Shown: positions 19,413-28,954 of the stretch, in pieces | Position numbering within the stretch: the stretch's first letter is position 1 | Layout of the letters: every line of letters begins with the position of its first letter | From: Candidatus Saccharimonadia bacterium | GTDB taxonomy: Bacteria; Patescibacteriota; Saccharimonadia; Saccharimonadales; JALRHH01 | Assembly (NCBI GenBank): GCA_023253175.1 | Contig: JALRHH010000002.1 | Span: forward strand, 320,199 to 384,198 | DNA: 64,000 nucleotides | Reading direction: 5' to 3' | Program-made: the position numbers and the translations under genes | The notes under the pieces: model-generated | What the model saw: only the letters and a program-made list of their open reading frames with translations | Database searches by the model: none | Told to the model about the DNA's origin: nothing

Positions 19413-20477
19413 ATGCCAGAGCTCCGAATTGAAATATTGCTTGAAGAAGTTATCAAGAAAAAGGCCTCTGACCTTCATATCCAGGTAGGATTACCACCTA
19501 TGCTTCGTGTGGATGGTGCGCTTATGCCTGTTGCTGGGTCAGACGCTCTGACAGAGGAAGGTGTGGAGTCTCTTGTGTTTGCAATCTTGGACGAAGATCA
19601 AAAGCAGGTACTCCTAAAGGATAAGGAATTTGACTTTAGTTTCGCGTTCGGGGACTTAGGTCGCTTCCGTGTAAACGCATTCCACGAGCGTGGAAATATG
19701 GCTGCTGCGCTTCGTTTGATTCCTAACGAGATCTTGACCATCGAACAGCTGCAATTACCGTCTATCGTTAACAAGTTTGCGGATTACCCGAGGGGGCTTG
19801 TGCTTGTAACTGGACCTACTGGTTCCGGTAAGTCAACAACGCTTGCTGCACTGGTTGACAAGATCAACAGCGAGCGATCAGCTCACATTATCACGATTGA
19901 AGATCCGATTGAGTTTACACATAAATCCAAGAAGTCTGTGATTGTACAGCGTGAAATCCACTATGATACATATTCATTCTCCGCTGCGCTTCGTTCTAGC
20001 CTTCGTCAGGACCCAGATGTAGTACTACTTGGCGAGATGCGTGATCTAGAAACTATCGCAGCTGCAATTACTATCGCAGAAACAGGTCACCTTGTCTTCG
20101 CGACACTACACACCAACTCTGCAGCTCAGTCTATTGATCGTATGATCGATGTGTTCCCACCTCACCAGCAGCCGCAGATTCGTTCACAGCTTGCAAACAT
20201 TCTGATGGCCATCTGTTCGCAGCGCCTTGTTCCGTCTATCGGCGGTGGCCGTGTTGCAGCGGCAGAACTGCTTATCGCAACACCGGCCGTTCGCAACATC
20301 ATCCGTGAGGGAAAGAGCCACCAACTTGAGGCCGTGATTCAGACTGGCTCTGAATTTGGTATGCAGTCAATGGACAAGACGCTCGTGAACCTGATTCATA
20401 ATGGCACGATAACCTACGAAGAAGCACGTAACTATGCGGTTGATATCGATGAACTTGATAGGTTAATGAGAGGCTAA
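19413..20477 (+). CDS. pilT: Type IV pilus retraction ATPase PilT
   Basis: ASDLH, GPTGSGKSTT, AVRNIIREGK, GMQSMD. Confidence 0.97.
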   Translation: MPELRIEILLEEVIKKKASDLHIQVGLPPMLRVDGALMPVAGSDALTEEGVESLVFAILDEDQKQVLLKDKEFDFSFAFGDLGRFRVNAFHERGNMAAALRLIPNEILTIEQLQLPSIVNKFADYPRGLVLVTGPTGSGKSTTLAALVDKINSERSAHIITIEDPIEFTHKSKKSVIVQREIHYDTYSFSAALRSSLRQDPDVVLLGEMRDLETIAAAITIAETGHLVFATLHTNSAAQSIDRMIDVFPPHQQPQIRSQLANILMAICSQRLVPSIGGGRVAAAELLIATPAVRNIIREGKSHQLEAVIQTGSEFGMQSMDKTLVNLIHNGTITYEEARNYAVDIDELDRLMRG

Positions 20478-20484
20478 ACCGGGT

Positions 20485-21702
20485 ATGTTGACGTATAAAT
20501 ACGTAGCTAGAGATGCCGCAACAGGTCAAAAGGTAAAGTCTGAAATTCAAGCAGAGAATGAACAGGCCGCGGCTCGTCTTGTGACGCAGCAGGGACTAAC
20601 ACCACTTGAAGTCTCACTTTCTGATGGATCATCTGGCTTCGGTAAGTTTTTTAATAAGGTCAAAGTCAAAGATCGTATTCTGTTTGCTCGTCAGTTATCC
20701 ACCCTGATTAATGCTGGCCTGCCGCTTTTGCAGAGTCTTCGGACGGTGAACGGCCAAACCCAAAGCAAGCAGCTAAAAGTTATCACTAATCAGATCATAT
20801 CTGATATCGAAGCTGGGTCCTCATTTAGCGTTGCACTTAGCAGGCATCCAGAAACTTTTAATCAGATATTCGTGAGCCTGATCGCAGCCGGTGAGACTTC
20901 CGGTACGCTTGATAAGGCATTAGAGCGCATTGCGACACAGCAGGAAAAAGATGCGGAGATTGTCAGTAAGGTCCGTAGCGCGATGGTATATCCAGTAATT
21001 GTGGTTTTCGTAATGATTGGTGTGCTTGGTTTTATGATCGTCAAGGTACTGCCGCAGGTGCAGACGCTGTACGACGGACTAGGGGGTGATAATCAACTCC
21101 CAATCCTGACGCGTGTATTGCTAGCAATCTCTAACTTTACGATTAAGTACTGGTGGATTGTGCTTATTGTGCTTGGTCTGGCGATATTCTTTACCACAAA
21201 GTGGGCGAGGACTGGTCCGGGCAAGCAGTTTGTTGATAAAGCAAAGATGAAGGCCTGGCCTTTCGGTGCTCTATTTATGAAGGTGTACATGGCTCGTTTC
21301 TCACGCACTGCACAGACGCTTATTGCGAGCGGTGTGCCGCTACTGCAGGTGCTTGATATAACTGGAAAGTCTATCAATAATGTTCACATCGAGGCATCCA
21401 TACAAAATGCTGCTGTCAAGGTAAAGGGCGGAAAATCACTGTCGGAGGCTTTAACCGGTGACACTAACTTTCTAACGCTCGTGCCGGATATGTTGAGGAT
21501 TGGTGAGCAATCGGGTGCCATAGAGTCAATGACTGGTAAGGTTGCTGATTACTACGAGAAGGAAGTTGATCAGCAGATTAAGACGATATCAACGATTATC
21601 GAGCCAGTACTTATGGTGCTGCTCGGTGTGGTCGCATTCATAATTGTTGCCGCAGTACTTCTGCCAATCTATGGATTGGCAGGCAAGAGCATTGTTAACT
21701 AG
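20485..21702 (+). CDS. pilC: Type IV pilus platform protein PilC (GspF family)
   Basis: FARQLSTLINAGLPL, GETSGTLD, AMVYP, GEQSG, IEP. Confidence 0.96.
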   Translation: MLTYKYVARDAATGQKVKSEIQAENEQAAARLVTQQGLTPLEVSLSDGSSGFGKFFNKVKVKDRILFARQLSTLINAGLPLLQSLRTVNGQTQSKQLKVITNQIISDIEAGSSFSVALSRHPETFNQIFVSLIAAGETSGTLDKALERIATQQEKDAEIVSKVRSAMVYPVIVVFVMIGVLGFMIVKVLPQVQTLYDGLGGDNQLPILTRVLLAISNFTIKYWWIVLIVLGLAIFFTTKWARTGPGKQFVDKAKMKAWPFGALFMKVYMARFSRTAQTLIASGVPLLQVLDITGKSINNVHIEASIQNAAVKVKGGKSLSEALTGDTNFLTLVPDMLRIGEQSGAIESMTGKVADYYEKEVDQQIKTISTIIEPVLMVLLGVVAFIIVAAVLLPIYGLAGKSIVN

Positions 21703-21821
21703 CTAAAGTTGCTGTGGAAAAATTTCACTAAAGTAACTTGCTTTCATAAAATAAAGCGCTTATTATCAAAAGCATAAGCGTAAACATGCGCGATAATAAC
21801 GGTAAAGGGGGCATTTGCCTT

Positions 21822-22247
21822 ATGTCATATCAAAACTTACGAAAGAAAACAGAAGGGTTTACGATTATCGAAGTCCTGATTGTACTCGCAATTGCAGGTC
21901 TTATTATGCTAATTGTATTCTTGGCGATCCCACAACTTCGCCGTAACCAACAGAACACCACTATGCGCAACGAAGCATCGCGTTTGCTATCTGCTGTTAC
22001 AGAATACGAATCTAACGCAAATGGCCAACAGGTTAATGATGACACTAGACTGCAGACAGTGTACACCGGTCAGGGTACCCTTCAGCAGCTAACATCTGTT
22101 ACTTACGGAGCGGGAACTACTGCTACTGGTGCGGGACGTTTGGTCATTGGTACCTGCAATGGCAATACCGCTACTGCAGCAACAGGACGTACATACGCGC
22201 TTCAATTTGGCTTAAATGGTGGCCAGACTGCCTGTATCCAGTCTTAG
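21822..22247 (+). CDS. pilA: Major type IV pilin
   Basis: Class III signal G|FTIIEVLIVLAI; own promoter (TTGCTT-17-TATTAT, 21738-21766) and own terminator. Confidence 0.9.
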   Translation: MSYQNLRKKTEGFTIIEVLIVLAIAGLIMLIVFLAIPQLRRNQQNTTMRNEASRLLSAVTEYESNANGQQVNDDTRLQTVYTGQGTLQQLTSVTYGAGTTATGAGRLVIGTCNGNTATAATGRTYALQFGLNGGQTACIQS

Positions 22248-22261
22248 TGCAACTTTTCTCT

Positions 22262-22305
22262 TACTAACATAAAAAGAGTCCGTACGGACTCTTTTTATGT
22301 TAGTA
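22262..22305. terminator. Terminator after the pilin gene; perfect 44-bp palindrome
   Basis: TACTAACATAAAAAGAGTCCGT|ACGGACTCTTTTTATGTTAGTA. Confidence 0.9.
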
Positions 22306-22363
22306 TTACGCTAATGATTATTCTAGAGCTTGCATACTTTATACAGCCAGGAAACAAGGCCTC

Positions 22364-23200
22364 GTGATTTACGCAGTACTTATAATTTTAGGACTTTGTT
22401 TCGGGAGTTTTGTAAATGCTCTGGTATGGCGCTTACATCAACAAGATTTGCCGAAGAAAAAGCGCGCTGCGAGTGATGCAGAGCTTTCTATAGCAAAAGG
22501 TAGGTCTATGTGCACGCACTGCAAGCATACGCTTGCATGGTACGATCTGGTACCAGTCCTGAGCTGGACATTACTTATGGGTAGATGTCGCTACTGTAGA
22601 AAGCCGATAGGGTTACAGTATCCACTTGTAGAGCTATTGACGGCCATAATCTTTGTCTTGTCTTACGCATTCTGGTCCTATGACCTGAATTCTGCTGCAG
22701 GGCTTGGTATGCTCATCCTATGGCTTGCGGCTACTGTGGGCTTCGTAGCGCTTACAGTATATGATCTGCGCTGGATGCTACTGCCTAATAGAATTGTTTT
22801 TCCCTTGATAGGACTGGGGATTTTTGTTTCGTTACTGCGTGCAATTCAGGCTGACAGCATAGCTGGCTCTCTACTTGGTGCATTGGGCGGACTTGCGGTG
22901 GCTGGTGGTATTTTCTATGTTGTATTCCAGGTGTCTAATGGCACATGGATTGGTGGGGGTGATGTGAAACTCGGGTTTGCCATCGGTTTATTCTTGGGTG
23001 GTCCTGTGTTGGCGTTTCTCATGTTGTTTATAGCCTCGTTACTGGGTTTATCGGTGGCGATGCCTGGTATCGTGTTGAAACGATCAAAATTGAACGCAAA
23101 ACTACCTTTCGGTCCATTTTTGATCACAGCTACTCTTCTGGTTATGCTGGTAGGGCAGCGGATCGTAGACTGGTACCTAGGTACCGTTTTATATCTATAA
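22364..23200 (+). CDS. pilD: Prepilin peptidase
   Basis: GSFVNALVWRL, RSMCTHC, GRCRYC, YDLRW, GGGDVKL, PFGPFL. Confidence 0.96.
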   Translation: MIYAVLIILGLCFGSFVNALVWRLHQQDLPKKKRAASDAELSIAKGRSMCTHCKHTLAWYDLVPVLSWTLLMGRCRYCRKPIGLQYPLVELLTAIIFVLSYAFWSYDLNSAAGLGMLILWLAATVGFVALTVYDLRWMLLPNRIVFPLIGLGIFVSLLRAIQADSIAGSLLGALGGLAVAGGIFYVVFQVSNGTWIGGGDVKLGFAIGLFLGGPVLAFLMLFIASLLGLSVAMPGIVLKRSKLNAKLPFGPFLITATLLVMLVGQRIVDWYLGTVLYL

Positions 23201-23257
23201 ATAAAGCTGTGCAAAACTAGTACTTGCGCATTGTGCTTATGGTATACTGAGGCATAT

Positions 23258-24094
23258 ATGAACAGGGGTAAGGGCAGTCTCACGCGTATGCGCATAGGTG
23301 GTCAGTATGGCTATACTATTGTTGAGGTACTCATATTCCTGGCAGTGAGTGCGGTGCTATTCGCTTCAACTATGGCGCTTCTCTCTGGCCGTCAGCAGCG
23401 CGTGCATTTCACCAATGTTGTACGTGATTTTGAGACAAAACTTACCGATGTTGCTAACGATGTATCGAATGGCTATTACCAGTCGGCAGGAAACGTTACC
23501 TGTGATAATGCGCTAACTATAGGAGTGTCAGCAAGCAAAACACAGGGTACCAACAACGAGTGTATTATGCTCGGTAGAGTTATTAAGTTTGGTTATGATA
23601 CCGGTGGAGAGCGTTTTGGGATCTATTCGCTGGTAGGTAGGCGACAAGCGGCAGGCAAAGATGTGAAGAATATAGGTGAGTCAGGTTTGGCGCTGTTATG
23701 GGTTTCGGGTGCCAATGATGATACCAAGCAATCATTTCGTGAGCAGAGAAACGTAGGATTTGGTGCGAGCATCCGGTGCGTCGCGGTGGGCAATAGTTGT
23801 ACACCGGGTGGCAATAATGGTGCATTGGCCTTTGTGACGAGGTTAACTGGAGGGGCGCAGCCTAGCGCATCTGGCGGCACGATCTTTGCAGATGCGTATC
23901 TCTATGATCAACTGGCACTCACGGCCTCAGAGGATAATTTTGTCGCACACGTTAACAGCACTACGCCAGTAAGTCTTACGCAGCCTTTAGTCATCTGCCT
24001 GCGGAGTGGTGGGACCAACCAACATGCGCTCGTTAAGCTTATGAATGGTAGAGTTACGTCAGAGATCAAGGAAGGGGCGGCACTGTGCAATTAG
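23258..24094 (+). CDS. Minor pilin (FimU-like position); alternative start 23288
   Basis: G|YTIVEVLIFLAVS. Confidence 0.85.
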   Translation: MNRGKGSLTRMRIGGQYGYTIVEVLIFLAVSAVLFASTMALLSGRQQRVHFTNVVRDFETKLTDVANDVSNGYYQSAGNVTCDNALTIGVSASKTQGTNNECIMLGRVIKFGYDTGGERFGIYSLVGRRQAAGKDVKNIGESGLALLWVSGANDDTKQSFREQRNVGFGASIRCVAVGNSCTPGGNNGALAFVTRLTGGAQPSASGGTIFADAYLYDQLALTASEDNFVAHVNSTTPVSLTQPLVICLRSGGTNQHALVKLMNGRVTSEIKEGAALCN

Positions 24095-24516
24095 TTAGGC
24101 CGTTCGGGCAACGTGGTGAGACGATCGTAGAAGTTCTTATTGCGATTGCCGTCATTGGGTCTGTAATCGGTACCTCTTATGCAATTGTTGGACGTAATAG
24201 CAGGCAATATCAACAGGACGACGAGCGAACCATAGCTCTATCAATCGCTGAAGCACAGCTCGAAGAAGTCCGTAATATCGTTAAAGATCCTCAGTCACCC
24301 AATAGGTCGATCGTAACGACTGACAATACACCCTTCTGCGTCAATAGTACTGGTGCTCATCAAGATGCTAGTCAGTGTTCTCTCTATTCCCGTTATTTTA
24401 CTCAAGTTTATAAGCCAGCAGGAGATACTATGTATATTGTCGAGGTCAATTGGCAGGGCGCAAACAGCACCGGCGGTACTACTGACAGTAAAGTCTCCCT
24501 GAGGTATAGGTTATAG
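24085..24516 (+). CDS. Minor pilin (PilV-like)
   Basis: RG|ETIVEVLIAIAVI; A..IAEAQLEEVR. Confidence 0.85.
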   Translation: MQLVRPFGQRGETIVEVLIAIAVIGSVIGTSYAIVGRNSRQYQQDDERTIALSIAEAQLEEVRNIVKDPQSPNRSIVTTDNTPFCVNSTGAHQDASQCSLYSRYFTQVYKPAGDTMYIVEVNWQGANSTGGTTDSKVSLRYRL

Positions 24517-24519
24517 GTT

Positions 24520-25119
24520 ATGAAAAAATTGCATACACGTGGGTTTACTATTATAGAGTTGTTGATCGCAACTGTTGCATTTTCAGCAGTGCTTTTAGTA
24601 ATCACTGGGGCGATTATTCAGTTTTCAAAAATTTATTATAAAGGTGTCGTGACAAGTAAGACTCAAGAAGTGGCTCGATCCATTGCCGATGAGATGTCTC
24701 GTGCTGCTCAATTCAGTAAAACCAAGACTCCTGTCGCCAACAACCCTGGCATTGTTAGTGCGACTGGACAGGCTTGGTGTTTTGGCGACAAGCGATTCAA
24801 CTATATTCTTGGTAAACGATTCAGTACCAGCCAGCCAGTACTCAACGCCGATACGGCGCCGGCCGGTAGTTGTACTTACAACCCCGCATCTTCGCGTGAG
24901 CTTGTGAGTGAAAATATGCAGCTGCTACGACTAGATGTCACCGAAAATGGCGATAAAGTCTCCGTCACGGTTACTGTAGCTTATGGTGCCAGTACTGACA
25001 TAAATATTGATACCAGTAATCCGGCTAATAGTTCCTGTAAGACTATTAGGCTTGGAGGGCAGTACTGTGCAATTAGTACAGTGACTAATATTGTAACAAG
25101 AAGATTAGGCAGTAATTAA
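24520..25119 (+). CDS. Minor pilin (PilW-like)
   Basis: RG|FTIIELLIATVAF. Confidence 0.88.
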   Translation: MKKLHTRGFTIIELLIATVAFSAVLLVITGAIIQFSKIYYKGVVTSKTQEVARSIADEMSRAAQFSKTKTPVANNPGIVSATGQAWCFGDKRFNYILGKRFSTSQPVLNADTAPAGSCTYNPASSRELVSENMQLLRLDVTENGDKVSVTVTVAYGASTDINIDTSNPANSSCKTIRLGGQYCAISTVTNIVTRRLGSN

Positions 25120-25120
25120 C

Positions 25121-26200
25121 ATGAGTAAACCACCAAAACTTATATCGCAGCAGCAAGGAATGGTAGCTATCGTAACTACGATGATTCTCATGATAGTAAT
25201 CAGTATTATTGTACTTGGATTTAGCCAAGTAGTGCGGCGCAATCAGCGTCAGGTATTAGACAGGCAGCTGTCCAGTCAGGCGTTTTATGCTGCAGAATCC
25301 GGAATTAATCTTGCCCGCAAAAAGCTTAGCCAGCCAGGTGGAAGTGCATTTAGAAGTAATACATGTGATGGCGGTGGAACTCCAACTGAATATCAGCTTG
25401 GTAGTGATAATACAGCGGCAATAACTTGTTTGCTTGTCCAGCCAGTCGATACGCTCAAATTTGATAAGATTACGACCACCTCTAAAGTGTCGCTCATTCA
25501 GCCGGAGAACAATGGCATTCCAACCGATATTTATATTAACTGGGAGTCTTCTACCCCTGGTAACGTTTCTGCTAGCTGCACGATTGCGAATGCCAATAAC
25601 AAGACGCTGTTAAGGGCTGATCCTGCGGCTCCGGCTGCTGAGCGCTGGACCTGTAACCAACCAATGCTTAGAATTGACTTGGTTCCACTTGAGAGTGGCA
25701 GTACTTCTATGGATAGAGGGGCGCTTGCAGCAAGTCAGTTTACGGCTTTTTTGTATCCAAAACGTGATGCAATTACGATATCTTCTTTTGCATGGGGTGG
25801 TGCTACGGGAAACCTAAAGGGTTCGGTGATCCCAGTAAATTGTAGTGATTCCCTAGGAAATGACCCTAATAAAAAACGTAAATGTACACTGAGATTAACC
25901 GCACTACCTGCAAAGAATAGATTTGCTATTCGTATGATGAGTATCTATGGAGAAGCAAATACGGATATACATGTAGGTGGCAGTCCTTTGCTCGAGGGTG
26001 CTCAGATGGTAGTGGACTCAACGGGGCGTGCAGCAGATGTTCTGAAGCGTGTGCAGGCACGTATCCCTATTAATGGTGGTCCTGGGATCCAGATTCCAAG
26101 TTTTGCGGTTGATACTGCTGGTCCACTTTGTAAGCGATATCAGGTTATGTCGAATAATACAATTTACGGCTCTTCGCCGGCTGGCTGTCAGCTCCCCTAG
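25121..26200 (+). CDS. Minor pilin (PilX-like, no Glu5)
   Basis: QG|MVAIVTT...; QAFYAAESGIN PilX N-terminal motif. Confidence 0.85.
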   Translation: MSKPPKLISQQQGMVAIVTTMILMIVISIIVLGFSQVVRRNQRQVLDRQLSSQAFYAAESGINLARKKLSQPGGSAFRSNTCDGGGTPTEYQLGSDNTAAITCLLVQPVDTLKFDKITTTSKVSLIQPENNGIPTDIYINWESSTPGNVSASCTIANANNKTLLRADPAAPAAERWTCNQPMLRIDLVPLESGSTSMDRGALAASQFTAFLYPKRDAITISSFAWGGATGNLKGSVIPVNCSDSLGNDPNKKRKCTLRLTALPAKNRFAIRMMSIYGEANTDIHVGGSPLLEGAQMVVDSTGRAADVLKRVQARIPINGGPGIQIPSFAVDTAGPLCKRYQVMSNNTIYGSSPAGCQLP

Positions 26201-26209
26201 GTAAAGCTG

Positions 26210-27124
26210 CTAGTCTTTCTTGTGATGGAACTGTTCGTGGACGCTTTTTAGATGCGGATCAGTGACGTGTGTATAGATCTGGGTAGTTGAAATATTGCTA
26301 TGGCCCAGCAGGGCTTGTACCGAGCGGAGATCGGCCCCGTTCATCAGTAGATCTGTGGCAAAGCTGTGGCGTAGTGTATGCGGGGAAACGTGCTTCGTGA
26401 TACCAGCAAGTAGGGCATATTTGGCGACCATTCTCTGAACACTTCTTGCGGTTAATCGGTGTGTATTGCCGGAGTTATCAACCGTTTTGCGGCCGCTGTA
26501 GCGGGCGAATAGTGGCTTCACATTGTCAGTTCGTTTGTCGATGTATGCCTGTATCCATTCGGCTGCCTCTGGGCTAATAAATATCGGACGGTCTTTTTGG
26601 CCTTTACCGCGGACCATAAATTCACGTCTTTTTAAGTTAATGTGTTCACGATCAAGTCCAACTAGCTCTGATACACGAAGCCCTGATGAAAATAATAGTT
26701 CAAGGATTGCCCGATCACGCAGTCCCGGCAGGGTAGTTATATCAGGCTGAGCAAATAATCGCTCAAGTTCTTCTGGTGATAAGAAAGTCACTTGTTTACG
26801 AACCGTTTTGGCAAGCTCTACTTTATCTGCTGGTAGTGCGGGGATGTCTCGCTTTGCGCAGAATTTGAGGAAGCTGCGGAGGGCAATCAAATGATAATTT
26901 TGTGTGTTCTTTTGTAGCTCGTCGCTGTCATTAGTGCCAAGTCTGTTGAGCCAGAGCCGCCACTGGCGGATGAGATCAGGGTCAACATCAGAAACCTTTA
27001 TGTCGCCGGCGAAGTCGGTCAGGCGTGTCAGGTAGTGATCGTAGTTTCGGATGGTTTTTTGTGATCGGTTTTGTTCAATTTCTAGGTATTCCAGAAAATC
27101 GACCCGAGCTTTCGTAAATAGCAT
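26210..27124 (-). CDS. Xer-family tyrosine recombinase (single XerC/D-like)
   Basis: RDRAILELLFSSGLRVSEL, GKGQKDR, SPHTLRHSFATDLL, LGH..ISTTQIYTHV. Confidence 0.95.
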   Translation of the reverse strand: MLFTKARVDFLEYLEIEQNRSQKTIRNYDHYLTRLTDFAGDIKVSDVDPDLIRQWRLWLNRLGTNDSDELQKNTQNYHLIALRSFLKFCAKRDIPALPADKVELAKTVRKQVTFLSPEELERLFAQPDITTLPGLRDRAILELLFSSGLRVSELVGLDREHINLKRREFMVRGKGQKDRPIFISPEAAEWIQAYIDKRTDNVKPLFARYSGRKTVDNSGNTHRLTARSVQRMVAKYALLAGITKHVSPHTLRHSFATDLLMNGADLRSVQALLGHSNISTTQIYTHVTDPHLKSVHEQFHHKKD

Positions 27125-27202
27125 AAGTTTATTGTACGACATTACGAAGTTCGGTGCCATATCTGTTATAATGACCAGGAATAATACTAAACAAGGAACA
27201 AA

Positions 27203-27727
27203 ATGGAACGAACATTAGTTGTTTTTAAACCAGACGCAATCCAGCGCGGTATCGTAGGTGAAGTACTCAGCCGCTTTGAAAAGGTTGGTCTAAAAATTGT
27301 TGGCATGAAAATGGTGAACCCGGACGAGGCGCACTACTACCACCACTACGAAACAATCGGTAAGATGGTTTCTCGCCGCGGTGAGGCACAGTTCAAGGTA
27401 CAGCTCGGCGCAATGCAAGAAGGACCGGTGATCGCTATGATCCTTGAGGGTGTTGAGGCCGTAGGTCTCGTTCGTAAAATGGTAGGTGCTACAAACACTA
27501 AAGAAGCAGCTCCTGGTACGATTAGGGGTGACTTCGCACATGCGAGTCTCGATCACGTCAACGCACACAATGTGGCGCTTCCAACTGTTCTGCACGCTTC
27601 TGGTGATCCCGAAGAGGCAGCCGAAGAGCTGGCTCATTGGTTCGGTGATGACGAGATCTTTGCTGATTACCAGACAGTACACGAATACTTTACGCAGCCG
27701 CATCCGGATCGCAAGAAGCACGGGTAG
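27203..27727 (+). CDS. ndk: Nucleoside diphosphate kinase
   Basis: ERTLVVFKPDAIQRG, PGTIRGDF, LHAS. Confidence 0.95.
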   Translation: MERTLVVFKPDAIQRGIVGEVLSRFEKVGLKIVGMKMVNPDEAHYYHHYETIGKMVSRRGEAQFKVQLGAMQEGPVIAMILEGVEAVGLVRKMVGATNTKEAAPGTIRGDFAHASLDHVNAHNVALPTVLHASGDPEEAAEELAHWFGDDEIFADYQTVHEYFTQPHPDRKKHG

Positions 27728-27763
27728 GTTATAATGCTGTAGGCCATCATGGCCTACAGATAG

Positions 27764-27838
27764 GTCTCTGTAGTTCAACGGATAGAATAACTCCGTCCTA
27801 AGGAGCAGATATAGGTTCGATTCCTATCGGGGATACCA
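27764..27838 (+). tRNA. tRNA-Arg(CCT)
   Basis: Cloverleaf; loop GT-CCT-AA; GGTTCGATTCC; CCA end. Confidence 0.9.
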
Positions 27839-27878
27839 AAGTAAAAGCCGGTCAGTAAGACCGGCTTTTACTTTGGTA
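27834..27878 (+). terminator. Terminator after tRNA-Arg
   Basis: TACCAAAGTAAAAGCCGGTC-agtaa-GACCGGCTTTTACTTTGGTA. Confidence 0.85.
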
Positions 27879-27902
27879 GCTCGCGTAGCGAGCCGAACCG
27901 TA

Positions 27903-27970
27903 AGGTTCGGTCGACAAGGCCACGCACAGATGCTTGCATCGAGCATGGCCGCGGTCGTGCATTTTCCTAT
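27903..27970 (+). repeat. tRNA-associated dispersed repeat, copy 1
   Basis: Core CAAGGCCACGCACAG..CGAGCATGGCCGCGGTCGTGCA flanked by tRNA-Arg T-arm halves AGGTTCG / TTCCTAT. Confidence 0.75.
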
Positions 27971-28010
27971 TGGTAATCCGAAAGTATCCCTATGCTACAC
28001 TAATATCCAA

Positions 28011-28319
28011 ATGAATCCCGAACAACAAAACCAAGCTGCCAACGAAGAAGAGTATCTGTGGTGGCAGCACACTATAGGCAAGATTGGTGGGGCTGTTATG
28101 GCACTTGGCGGCATCGTTGCCGTGGGTGGCTTCTTGAGCAATGAAGTCTTGCACCAGGCCCAAGACGCACAAATAGCGTTTGCAGATAAGGTGGAGACTT
28201 TCGTTCCCCCGGATAGCGCATCGCTTGAGTTGCTGATTGGGGGATCGATGGGTATGGTTGCTGGCCAACAAATAATGGCCTGCGGGTACCGCAGGGACAA
28301 GAGGCGTTCAGAGGATTAG
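28011..28319 (+). CDS. Small hypothetical membrane protein
   Basis: MNPEQQ start; two Gly-rich hydrophobic segments. Confidence 0.55.
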   Translation: MNPEQQNQAANEEEYLWWQHTIGKIGGAVMALGGIVAVGGFLSNEVLHQAQDAQIAFADKVETFVPPDSASLELLIGGSMGMVAGQQIMACGYRRDKRRSED

Positions 28320-28366
28320 TGAGCCGGGGTTGCAATAACTTCGCTACATTCGTGTAAAATATGCTT

Positions 28367-28945
28367 ATGGCAAAAAAAACCAAAGAGACAGTCAAATACT
28401 TTGCTGATCAAATGGACGATGAAGAGGTACTGTATGTATTTAATCGTCATCCCATCGTTATGCGAAAGGGTATCGTTATCTCTTCGGTGGCGCTGCTTAT
28501 CGGGCCGATGTACACCACGGCGCTGACCTTTATATATGCTAATAATCCAGAGAAATATCCATCGCTGACATTCTTCTGGTTATCACTGGTGCTGAGTCTT
28601 GTGCTTGGGGCAATTCTTTTTATCCCATCATGGGTGGCATGGCGATATAGTGTTTTTATTGTGACGGATCAGCGATTTATTCAGATTACACAAAAGGGCT
28701 TTTTTCACCGTAGTGTTGTTGATGTAGGACTCAACCAGATACAGATGGTGAACTATGAGGTTGCTGGGCTGCAGGAAACATTACTAGGATTTGGTACAAT
28801 AATGATGCAGACATATATGGGAGAGTTACTTATAAACGACTTACACCATCCTGCACATATCCAAAAGAAGCTGCTTGGAATACTGAGAGAACAAGGCATT
28901 GTTGGAAATACGGCCACTACGCCGCAGTCTGCACCAAATGAATAA
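28367..28945 (+). CDS. Membrane protein with bacterial PH domain
   Basis: 2 TM, then FIVTDQRFIQITQKGFF...IQ.V.....G....LLGFGTI. Confidence 0.85.
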   Translation: MAKKTKETVKYFADQMDDEEVLYVFNRHPIVMRKGIVISSVALLIGPMYTTALTFIYANNPEKYPSLTFFWLSLVLSLVLGAILFIPSWVAWRYSVFIVTDQRFIQITQKGFFHRSVVDVGLNQIQMVNYEVAGLQETLLGFGTIMMQTYMGELLINDLHHPAHIQKKLLGILREQGIVGNTATTPQSAPNE

Positions 28946-28954
28946 GGAACATAC

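Noticed and set aside
26210..27124. Tyrosine recombinase as a prophage/ICE integrase
   Set aside because: It has XerC/D-type size and motifs, housekeeping neighbours, and no phage or conjugation genes or att repeats beside it.
27873..28010. N-terminal extension of ORF 27873..28319
   Set aside because: It runs through the tRNA-associated repeat; ATG 28011 follows a -10-like box.
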